Source: an uncultured Polyangiales bacterium
Lineage (GTDB): Bacteria > Myxococcota_A > Polyangia > Polyangiales > DASUME01
Assembly (NCBI GenBank): GCA_964651185.1
Contig: CAZYWR010000349.1
Location: 1 to 25,734 of the forward strand
Length of the DNA stretch: 25,734 nucleotides
Direction of reading: 5' to 3'
This document shows positions 17,785 through 25,734 of this stretch, piece after piece; position 1 is the first letter of the stretch, and every line of letters begins with the position of its first letter. The position numbers were made by a program, and so were the translations under genes. Under the pieces are notes generated by a model. The model was given only the letters and a program-made list of their open reading frames with translations. It was not told where the DNA came from and ran no database searches.

Positions 17785-20199
17785 ATGACCGCGGGCATGC
17801 GTGGGGGTCCCGGCTCGTTTCGTAAGCGCGACAGGCTGCCGCGCATCACGCCGCTCGAGAGCGCGCGTGTGCTCGATGCGCTCGAAATCGGCGTCATCGT
17901 CCACGACGCTTCGCTCCGCATCGTCTACGCGAACGATGCGGCGGCCACGCTGCTGGGCGTCGGCGTGGCAGAGGCCATCGAGCGCACCGTGACCGACCCG
18001 CGCTGGGTGGTGATCCATCCCGATGGAACGCCGGTCGCGCCCGAAGATGTCCCCGCGTCCGCCGCGCTGCGCACGCGAAAGCCCGTGCGCGCGATGATCC
18101 TCGGGGTCACGCGCGAGGACGGCGTCACGACTTGGCTCATGGTCGACGCCGTTCCGCTCTCGGGTCCGGAGGGCGAAGTGGAGCTCGTCGCCGTGACGAT
18201 CTCCGATGTCACGAGAGAGCTCGTGGCCCGTATGCAGCTCGAGCAAGTCGGGGATTCGCTCGGTCGCACCATCCAGGAAAGGGAGGCAGCCCTGGGCCGC
18301 GCCGTGCAAGCGCTCGAATCGTCGGAGGCGCGCTATCGCGCGGTGCTTCGCGCGATGTCCGAAGGCGTGGCGGTCCACGCGCCCGACGGGTCCATCCAAT
18401 TCGCGAATCCGGCCGCCGAGCACATTCTCGGGCTGTCGCTCGAGCAGATGCAGGGCAGACACCCCATCGCGGCGGACTGGCAGCTCACCGACGAAACGGG
18501 GGCTCCCCTCGCCCCCGAGGAGATCCCGTCGGAGATCACGCGCCGCACGGGGCGTCCGCAGCGCAGCACCCTGCTCGGCGTGAAGCGAGGCAACTCGGGA
18601 GAGCACGCCTGGCTCATGGTAAGTACGGATCCGATCGGAGCGGCGACCGAGTCGAAGCACGAAGGCCCGTACTCCGTCGTAGCCACGTTTCAGGACGTCA
18701 CCGCAGAGCAGATGGCGCTCGCGGACGCGCAGCAGGCGCGCGACCACCTGCGCGCGATCGCCGCCGCCCTCCCGGGAGTCGTGCTCGAGTATTTGGTGCG
18801 CTGCGACGGAACGGATCGCTTTCTCTACATCTCCGAGCCGGCGCGCGACTACTTCGGGATCGATCCCGAGCTCGCTCTCAAGGATCCTCGGCCGATCTGG
18901 GCCCGCGTGCATCCGGAAGATCGCGAACCCGTGATGGCGCAGTTCAGAGCGGCGATAGCGTCTGGCACGGGGATACAGCTCGACTTCAGGGCGCTGCATC
19001 CCGACGGCGCGTACCGGAACGCAAGGCTCCATGCCGGTCCGCCCAAAGCTGTACCGGAAGGTTTCTTGTTCCGCTCGGTCGTGTTCGACGTCACGGACCA
19101 ACGGAGGCTCGAAGAGACGGTGCGCGAAGCGCAGCGCCGTGAAGCCATCGGAACACTGGCGGCGGGGATGGCGCACAACTTCAACAACATGCTCGCGGTG
19201 ATCGTGCCGAGCCTCGAGATGATGCGGGCCGAGGCGCCGCAGTCGCTGCAAGCCGACCTCGACGATGCGCGCACGGCGGCGCGCGCCGCTACCGAGCTCG
19301 TCAGGCAGCTGATGCAGCTCGTGCGCAGAGACGCGAGCTCCGGCACGGTTCCAGTCGATATCGCCGTTCTCGTGGAGGACATCGCGCAGATGTGCCGCCG
19401 GACGCTGGATGCGGGCATCGAGGTTCGCGCCACCATCCCGCAGGTCCCCTGCATGGTCCTGGCGCGGCGCGCCGAGCTGCAGCAGGTCCTCGTCAACTTG
19501 TGCATCAACGCGCGCGACGCGCTCGAAGGGCGTCCTGCGCCGCGGGTCGAGCTCCGCGTCGCCGTCGAACCCGACTGGATCGTCATCGCGGTGGCGGACA
19601 ACGGAGCCGGCATGTCGCCCGACGTGCAGCGCCGGCTCGGCGAGCCGTTCTTCACGACCAAGGCGCCGGGCCACGGCACGGGCCTCGGGCTCGCGACCGC
19701 TTACGGCATCGTGACGGAGCTGCGCGGTACGCTTCACTGTCGTTCGGAGCTCGGTCGCGGCACTTGGTTCGAGTTGCGGCTCCCCCGCCACCACCAAAGC
19801 GCCGAGGCGACGCGGTCCGATGCCGCGGGGGCGCCCGTGCCAGCGGGTCTACGCATCCTGCTGATCGACGACGAGGAGCTCGTCTGCAACACGCTGCGAC
19901 GCGCCCTCGAGCGCCTCGGAGCCAAGGTCTCGTGTGCGGCCACAGGCGACGAAGGGATCGCCCTATTCCAGACGCGCCGCGACGTGCAGCTCGTGCTCCT
20001 GGACCTGGCGATGCCTGCCATGGGCGGAGCCGAATGTCTGCGCCGCTTGAAGGAAATCGATCCGCTTGTCCCCGTTTACATCATGACCGGCTTCTTGCCC
20101 GACGGACTCGACATCCAAGCCGCGAACGGCGTGCTGGCCAAGCCCGTCGATCTCGTGCAGCTGCGCGCGCTCCTCGGCGGCATCGCGAAAGCCGTATGA
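17785..20199 (+). CDS. Cytoplasmic hybrid sensor histidine kinase (3xPAS-HisKA-HATPase-REC), about 804 aa
   Basis: Three PAS/PAC repeats; H-box [10 protein letters not shown]; N-box [13 protein letters not shown]; DNGAGM; PFFTTK; GTGLGL; REC with DD..D..T..K. Start 17785 after AGGAAGG (17713 possible). Confidence 0.92.
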   Translation: MTAGMRGGPGSFRKRDRLPRITPLESARVLDALEIGVIVHDASLRIVYANDAAATLLGVGVAEAIERTVTDPRWVVIHPDGTPVAPEDVPASAALRTRKPVRAMILGVTREDGVTTWLMVDAVPLSGPEGEVELVAVTISDVTRELVARMQLEQVGDSLGRTIQEREAALGRAVQALESSEARYRAVLRAMSEGVAVHAPDGSIQFANPAAEHILGLSLEQMQGRHPIAADWQLTDETGAPLAPEEIPSEITRRTGRPQRSTLLGVKRGNSGEHAWLMVSTDPIGAATESKHEGPYSVVATFQDVTAEQMALADAQQARDHLRAIAAALPGVVLEYLVRCDGTDRFLYISEPARDYFGIDPELALKDPRPIWARVHPEDREPVMAQFRAAIASGTGIQLDFRALHPDGAYRNARLHAGPPKAVPEGFLFRSVVFDVTDQRRLEETVREAQRREAIGTLAAGMAHNFNNMLAVIVPSLEMMRAEAPQSLQADLDDARTAARAATELVRQLMQLVRRDASSGTVPVDIAVLVEDIAQMCRRTLDAGIEVRATIPQVPCMVLARRAELQQVLVNLCINARDALEGRPAPRVELRVAVEPDWIVIAVADNGAGMSPDVQRRLGEPFFTTKAPGHGTGLGLATAYGIVTELRGTLHCRSELGRGTWFELRLPRHHQSAEATRSDAAGAPVPAGLRILLIDDEELVCNTLRRALERLGAKVSCAATGDEGIALFQTRRDVQLVLLDLAMPAMGGAECLRRLKEIDPLVPVYIMTGFLPDGLDIQAANGVLAKPVDLVQLRALLGGIAKAV

Positions 20200-20200
20200 G

Positions 20201-21235
20201 TCAAGGCGTCGCGAGCTCGCGTAGGCGAAAGGCCATCGCGCTGAGGGGAACGGCCATGTCGGCGAGGCCTTGCGCGATGGCTGCGCCGGGCATGCCGAAC
20301 ACCACCGAGCTCTCTTCGTCCTGCGCGATCACGCGCCCGAGCGCCGCGCGCACGCTGCGCAGCCCGGCGACGCCGTCTTGTCCCATGCCGGTCAAGATCA
20401 CCGCCAAGGTCGCGCTCCCGAACACCTTCGCCACCGATTCGAAGAGAAACGTGGCCGACGGACGAAAGCCGCCGATGGGCGGTGTCTGCACGATCGCGAG
20501 GGTCGAGCGATCCGCGAGGCCCAGGTGGCCATCATCCGGCGCCACGTACACCGTGCGTGGACACAACTGCTCGCCCTGCTCTGCCACCTTGACGCGCACC
20601 GACGCGACCGTGTTCAGCCAGCTGGCGAAGCCTTGTGCGAAGCCCTTCGAGATGTGCTGGACCACCAACATGGGTAAGGCAAAGTCGCCCGGCAAATCCG
20701 CGAGGATGCGCGCGAGCGCCGGAGGCCCGCCCGTCGAAGCCGCCAATGCGACCACGCGCGGTCGAGCGCCGTGCTGCGCGCGCGCGACCGGGACCGGCAC
20801 CGTCTCCTGATGAGCCGGCCAGCGCCGCACGACTTTGACCTGCGACATGGCTTTAATCGTCTGCACGAAGCGCCGGCGGTGTTCATCGAAGCCCGGCGCT
20901 TCGGGCCCACGCGGTTTGGCTAGCAAGTTCAGCGCGCCGAGGCGCAGCGCGTGCAAGGAGATCTCGACCTCGTGCACGTCGTAGCTGCCCGACACGATCA
21001 CGATCGGCGTCGGCGCTTCGACCATGATCTGCCGCGTCGCCTCGAAGCCGTCCATCTTCGGCATGCGGATGTCCATGGTGACCACGTCCGGCCGAAGCTG
21101 CTTGGTCATCTCCACCGCCTCGAGCCCGTTCTTGGCCTCGCCGACGACCTGGATCTCCGGGTCGGAGCGCAGGATCTCGACCAGCAGCTCCCGGGAGGTC
21201 GCGGAGTCTTCGGCGACGAGCGCGCGGATCATCAT
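20201..21235 (-). CDS. cheB: Chemotaxis protein-glutamate methylesterase CheB (REC + esterase), 344 aa
   Basis: REC domain (DVVTMDIRMP); catalytic ASTGGP, VQH, LTGMGQDG motifs. Confidence 0.97.
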   Translation of the reverse strand: MMIRALVAEDSATSRELLVEILRSDPEIQVVGEAKNGLEAVEMTKQLRPDVVTMDIRMPKMDGFEATRQIMVEAPTPIVIVSGSYDVHEVEISLHALRLGALNLLAKPRGPEAPGFDEHRRRFVQTIKAMSQVKVVRRWPAHQETVPVPVARAQHGARPRVVALAASTGGPPALARILADLPGDFALPMLVVQHISKGFAQGFASWLNTVASVRVKVAEQGEQLCPRTVYVAPDDGHLGLADRSTLAIVQTPPIGGFRPSATFLFESVAKVFGSATLAVILTGMGQDGVAGLRSVRAALGRVIAQDEESSVVFGMPGAAIAQGLADMAVPLSAMAFRLRELATP

Positions 21236-21239
21236 GACC

Positions 21240-23555
21240 TCATAGCAGCTGGGCTATCGTATCGAGCAGCTGACGTTGATCGAAGTGGCTCTTCGGCAGG
21301 TAGGCATCCGCGCCTACCTCGAGGCCGTGCGCCTTGTCCTTTTCGCTCTCGAGCGCGGTCACGAGCACTACGGGCAGGTCGCGAAGGCGCTTCGAGCCGC
21401 GGATCGCCTCGCACAGCCCGAAGCCATCCATGCGCGGCATCTCTACGTCGGCGACCACGAGATCGGCGCCTCGCTCCTGCAGTAATTGCCAGGCATCGCT
21501 GCCGTTCACGGCGATCAGCACCTCGTAGCCGGCCGCCTCGAGGATGCTTTTCTCCAGGGTGCGCGTGGTCACGGAGTCATCGACCACCAACACGCGTCGC
21601 TTCGCCTGCGGGCGCTCTTCACTCAAGGCGCTGGTGAGCGTGTGCCCCGAGACGCGCGCGCCCACCTGCTGCGTCAGCTCCGCGGCGCTCAGGATGAGCG
21701 CGATGCGTCCGGTCGGAAGCACGGTCGCGCCGGCGATGTTGCGCACGCGGCGCAGCCGCGCGCCCAGGCTTTTGACGACCAGCTCCTGTTCCGCGATCAG
21801 CTCGTCGACCGCAAACGCGACCTGTCGCTCCCCGGACGCGAGCACCACGAGCGGAACCTTTGCGCTGGAGCGCTCCACGCTGGCGTTGGCGAGCCCGAGC
21901 ACCTCCGCGAGCGCTACCACGGGCACCGGCGGCCCGGCCGACAAGAACACCTCGCGCCCCTCTACCGACGCCAGATCGTCGGCCCCCACACGGACGAGCC
22001 GCCGCACGCTGGTCACCGGCAGCGCAAAGATTTGCCCGCCCGCGCGCAACAAGAGCGCGCGGAGCGTGGTGAGCGTGAGGGGGACGGTGAGCATGAAGCG
22101 CGTGCCGGCTGCGGGCTCGAACGCGAAGTCGACATGGCCATGGAGCGACTCGACCCGATGCTTGACCACATCCAGCCCCACGCCGCGACCAGACAATTCA
22201 GTAATGATGCGGACGGTCGAGAACCCGGGCAGAAAGATGAGCTGCGCCGCCTCCCGATCGTCGTCGGGGATGCTCATCTCCTTACGCCGCGCCTGATCGC
22301 GAATCTTACTCAGATCCAGACCGCGCCCATCGTCGGCCACCAGGATTTCGACTCCTCCTCCGCGTAAGGCGGCCGCGACGGTCAGCTTGGCGCGCGCGGG
22401 CTTGCCGCGCGAGAGCCTCTCGTGCGGCGCCTCGATCCCGTGGTCGATGGCGTTGCGCACCAAGTGCAAGAGCGGATCTTTCAGCTGTTCGAGCACGGCG
22501 CGATCGAGCTCCACGCCGCCGCCCTCGATGGCCAGCTCCACCTCCTTGCCGGCCGCCTGCGCCAGGTCGCGCACAGCCCGCGCGAGGCCTTCGCAAGCGT
22601 CGGCGAACGGCAGCATGCGCACGCGCAGGATGCTCTCCTCGAGCGGCGCCGCGACCTGCTCGAGCATGTGTTGATCCGAGGCCATGCGCGACACGAGCTG
22701 CTCCAAGGTGCGCTCGACCCGCTTGAAATTCTCGCTCGTGCGCTCGAAGGCGAGGAGCGCCCGTTTGGGCAGCATGACTGCCGGCGCGGCGCGCGCGTCA
22801 GCGCCGTCGTGCGGCTTGGAAGGCGCGCCGTTCCCGTGTCCGCTGCGCTGCAGCAGCTTGCGCAGGGGCTTCTCGAGCTTGAGCCACTCCGTCCGAGACT
22901 GCTGGATCGCCTCGTAGAGAGACGTGACGTCTTCCTGGCGCGAGGCGGCGCGCCGGCGCGCGACCAGCAGCTCGCCGGTGCGCGCCAAGACCGTATCCAG
23001 CTTGTCTGCAGACACGCGCATGAAGCCATCGCGCGTCTGCACGTCGGGCGCAGGCGGCGGCGCGGAGCCAGGGACGCGCGCTCCCGGCGGTACGGGCGGC
23101 TCGGACTGTGCGGTCGCGGGCGGGTTCGCGGGCGCCGCTCGCGACTTGCGCTCCGTTCCACTCGCGCTCGCTTCGAGCCGGCGCAGCAAGCCCTGGATCG
23201 GCGCGTCGGCGAGGTCGCGCTGGTCTCGCAGCCGTTCGCCCGCGTCTTTCAGCGCGTCTGCGGCCGTGAACAAGAGTTGCATCGCCTCCGGGCCGATCGC
23301 TCGCAGCCCGTCGCGCGCGCCGCCGAGAATGCTCTCGAGGTGGTGGCAGGCCGCCTCGATCGGCCGAACGTTCACCGAGCGCGCGGCGCCCTTGAGGCTA
23401 TGCGCGGTGCGAAACAGCGTGATGAGGAGCTCGCCCCGACCTGCGCCGCTGTCCTGCTCCAGCGCCAACAGCTCGCGATTGAGCGCCCGGACGTGCTCCT
23501 CGAGCTCGCCGAGGAAGGTCGCCATCAGGCGCTGGATGAGCTTCTCTCTGTCCAT
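21240..23555 (-). CDS. cheA: Hybrid CheA-REC kinase (HPt-dimerisation-HATPase-CheW-REC), 771 aa
   Basis: LFRTAHSLKGAA (HPt); DPLLHLVRNAIDHGIE; DDGRGLD; IFLPGFST; SGRGVGLDVV; CheW domain; C-terminal REC (DLVVADVEMP). Confidence 0.97.
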   Translation of the reverse strand: MDREKLIQRLMATFLGELEEHVRALNRELLALEQDSGAGRGELLITLFRTAHSLKGAARSVNVRPIEAACHHLESILGGARDGLRAIGPEAMQLLFTAADALKDAGERLRDQRDLADAPIQGLLRRLEASASGTERKSRAAPANPPATAQSEPPVPPGARVPGSAPPPAPDVQTRDGFMRVSADKLDTVLARTGELLVARRRAASRQEDVTSLYEAIQQSRTEWLKLEKPLRKLLQRSGHGNGAPSKPHDGADARAAPAVMLPKRALLAFERTSENFKRVERTLEQLVSRMASDQHMLEQVAAPLEESILRVRMLPFADACEGLARAVRDLAQAAGKEVELAIEGGGVELDRAVLEQLKDPLLHLVRNAIDHGIEAPHERLSRGKPARAKLTVAAALRGGGVEILVADDGRGLDLSKIRDQARRKEMSIPDDDREAAQLIFLPGFSTVRIITELSGRGVGLDVVKHRVESLHGHVDFAFEPAAGTRFMLTVPLTLTTLRALLLRAGGQIFALPVTSVRRLVRVGADDLASVEGREVFLSAGPPVPVVALAEVLGLANASVERSSAKVPLVVLASGERQVAFAVDELIAEQELVVKSLGARLRRVRNIAGATVLPTGRIALILSAAELTQQVGARVSGHTLTSALSEERPQAKRRVLVVDDSVTTRTLEKSILEAAGYEVLIAVNGSDAWQLLQERGADLVVADVEMPRMDGFGLCEAIRGSKRLRDLPVVLVTALESEKDKAHGLEVGADAYLPKSHFDQRQLLDTIAQLL

Positions 23556-23561
23556 CGTGCG

Positions 23562-25247
23562 CTATCCGCCGAGATCGCTGCGCGCGTAGCTGCCGAGCAG
23601 CTCCTTGAGCCTGCCTCCGAGGAGATTGAGGTCCTGCGCCGCTTGCTCCGCTTGCTTGGTGGACGCCAAATTCTGCGTCGTGACCTGACTGATGTTGCGC
23701 ATGGCTTGGTGGATCTGCGCCATGCCCGCCGCTTGCTGACCCGCCGAGGCGGCGATCTGCAGCGCGGCTTGCGCGGACTCGGCGATCGTATCGGTGAGCG
23801 AACGGATGGTGTCGCCCGCCTGATCGACCACCTTGATCGCGCCGTTCACGCTCTTCGTGCCGTCCTCCATGGCCATCACGGCGCTGTTGGTCGCCTTCTG
23901 AATGTCGCCGAGGATGCGCCGCACCTGCGCGGTCGCCTTCTTCGACTGCTCGGCCAGAGCCTTCACCTCGCTCGCGACCACCGAAAAGCCGCGGCCGTGC
24001 TCGCCCGCGCGCGCGGCTTCGATCGCGGCGTTGAGCGCGAGCAGGTTGGTCTGCTCGGCGATCTCGTTCACGGTCGCGATGATCTCGCCGATCTGCTGCG
24101 CCTGCTCGGCGAGCGCGAGGATGCTCTCCGCGACCGCCTCGACCTGGTCTTTGACCTTCCCCATCACGGACACGGCCTCGTCGACGGACCTGCGCCCGGC
24201 GCGGCTGATCTCGACCGTACGCTGCGAAGATTCAGCGACGAACTTGGCGCGCTGCGCGGCTTGATCGGACGTCTGCGCCACCTCGTCCACGGTCGTCACC
24301 GTCTGGGCCACGCCGGCCGCCTGCTCTTGCGCGCCCGACGCCTGCTGCGTGGTCGCGGCCAGGATCTCCGCCGCGGCCGAGGCGACGTTCTGCGCCGTCT
24401 CGGTCACCCCCTTGAACAGGCGCGACGTGCCCTCCTCCGCCTGCTTGCGTTCGCTGATGTCGATGATGGAGGCGAGCACGAACGTGCCTTGTTCGTTCGT
24501 GACTGGGCTCAGTCCGATCTCGACGGGCACCTCGCGGCCATCCTTGCGCAGCGCGAACAGCTCGCGCCCCACGCCCATCGAACGCGCGTGCGGGTTCGAA
24601 AAGAAGCCTCCGCGATATTCCGGATGACGTCGACGAAAGCGCTCCGGGACCAGCATCTCCACCGTCCGACCGAGCAGCTCTGCGCGGGGATAGCCGAAGA
24701 TGCGCTCGGCCTGCGCGTTGACCAGCGCGATGGCGCCGCTCCGATCGATCATCAAGATCGCGACCGGGGCGGCCTCGAGCATCGTGCGCAGCCGCTCTTC
24801 CGCACGTTTGCGCTCGCTGAGGTCGATGATCGAAGCGAGCACGAAGCTGCCGGATTCGATGTTGTACGGGCTGAGGCCGATCTCGACCGGCAGCTCGCGC
24901 CCGTCCTTGCGCTGCAAGTAGAGCTCGCGACCGGCGCCCATCGCGCGCGCCGACGGTCTGGCGAAGAACGCGCTGCGGTGGCCAGGGTGGCTGGCGCGAA
25001 AACGCTCGGGCACCAAGAGCTCGATCGGCTGGCCCAAGAGCTCGCGCTTCTCATAGCCGAACAAGCTCTCGGCGAGCGCGTTGACCAAGACCATCGCGCC
25101 CGCGCCGTCGACGGTGATCATCGCGACCGGCGCGGCCTCGAGCGCGGCCCGAAATTGCGCGTCGATGTCGCCGTTGGCCTTGCGTCTCGGCTGCGATGGC
25201 CGGCGAGTCGGCTTGTCGCGTACAACGTCGATCCGCTCCTTGGACAT
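23562..25247 (-). CDS. Soluble methyl-accepting chemotaxis protein with two N-terminal PAS domains, 561 aa
   Basis: No transmembrane segment; two similar PAS repeats; signalling hairpin [40 protein letters not shown]. Confidence 0.95.
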   Translation of the reverse strand: MSKERIDVVRDKPTRRPSQPRRKANGDIDAQFRAALEAAPVAMITVDGAGAMVLVNALAESLFGYEKRELLGQPIELLVPERFRASHPGHRSAFFARPSARAMGAGRELYLQRKDGRELPVEIGLSPYNIESGSFVLASIIDLSERKRAEERLRTMLEAAPVAILMIDRSGAIALVNAQAERIFGYPRAELLGRTVEMLVPERFRRRHPEYRGGFFSNPHARSMGVGRELFALRKDGREVPVEIGLSPVTNEQGTFVLASIIDISERKQAEEGTSRLFKGVTETAQNVASAAAEILAATTQQASGAQEQAAGVAQTVTTVDEVAQTSDQAAQRAKFVAESSQRTVEISRAGRRSVDEAVSVMGKVKDQVEAVAESILALAEQAQQIGEIIATVNEIAEQTNLLALNAAIEAARAGEHGRGFSVVASEVKALAEQSKKATAQVRRILGDIQKATNSAVMAMEDGTKSVNGAIKVVDQAGDTIRSLTDTIAESAQAALQIAASAGQQAAGMAQIHQAMRNISQVTTQNLASTKQAEQAAQDLNLLGGRLKELLGSYARSDLGG

Positions 25248-25264
25248 GTCGCTCTCTCCCCTTC

Positions 25265-25734
25265 TCAGGTTGCACTGCCTTCGCTTTGATCGATGAACAG
25301 GCGCGGATCGCGGAGCAGCACCGCCCCGTCGAGCACGATCAGCGCATCGACCGTCACGCCGAGCAGGTACGTCCGCTCGATGCCGGTCAGGGATGCAGGC
25401 GACGAACGGACGGCGCTGCTATGGAGCGGCCCGATCTCGTCTACGTCATCCGCCGAGATCCCGAACTCGGCGCTCTCGGCGCCCAACACGATGATGCGCG
25501 ACAGATCGTTCAAGGCATGCTGCCGCACGCCCAAAAACCGGCGCAGATCGACGACGCACAGGACCTCGCCGCGCAGGTTGGTGACGCCGAGCACCAGCTC
25601 GCCGGCGCCGGGCACGGGTGTGAAGTCGGTGAGCCGCACGACCTCGCGCACGAAGCGCGCTTCGATCGCGTAGCGCTCGGGGCCGAGCGCACAACGCAGC
25701 ACGTCGAGCGTCTCTCCCGCCGCGGAGGGGGGCG
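25265..25734 (-). CDS. cheW: Chemotaxis coupling protein CheW; 5' end probably beyond the right edge
   Basis: [13 protein letters not shown]...[27 protein letters not shown]; the frame stays open to the window edge ([11 protein letters not shown]). Confidence 0.93.
   Translation of the reverse strand, partial: PPSAAGETLDVLRCALGPERYAIEARFVREVVRLTDFTPVPGAGELVLGVTNLRGEVLCVVDLRRFLGVRQHALNDLSRIIVLGAESAEFGISADDVDEIGPLHSSAVRSSPASLTGIERTYLLGVTVDALIVLDGAVLLRDPRLFIDQSEGSAT

Noticed and set aside
17497-19797. 766-aa minus-strand ORF
   Set aside because: Antisense to the hybrid kinase, which has all canonical motifs.
22422-25289. 955-aa plus-strand ORF
   Set aside because: Antisense to cheA and the MCP; no recognisable domain; typical stop-poor shadow frame.

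Overview
GC-rich bacterial DNA. A MYXO-CTERM-like tail, many Cys-rich lipoproteins with DAG-rich linkers and a Che cluster point to Myxococcota, probably Polyangiales-like (inference). Left to right: (1) a minus-strand LysM/peptidoglycan-binding protein translationally coupled to an FGE-fold lipoprotein cut by the left edge; (2) a tight minus-strand three-gene operon of unknown function (di-CxxCH DUF1588/DUF1585-like protein, Cys/His lipoprotein, Tat-exported DUF1501-like protein); (3) a decayed AraC-type HTH remnant and a damaged Phd/VapC toxin-antitoxin pair under two palindromic operators; (4) several surface or lipoprotein genes, with a phased array of GC-rich palindromes at about 8020-8290; (5) an alpha/beta hydrolase divergent from a FadB/FadJ-like beta-oxidation enzyme; (6) a beta-helix lipoprotein followed by remnants of an MNT-HEPN pair and a histidine kinase; (7) a 3xPAS hybrid histidine kinase tail-to-tail with a cheW-MCP-cheA-cheB operon whose soluble receptor has two FixL-like PAS domains. 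No rRNA, tRNA, transposase, integrase or cas gene was recognised. Family assignments come from motif recognition by eye, not database searches. Several start codons were moved from the ORF track using RBS, overlap and signal-peptide logic.
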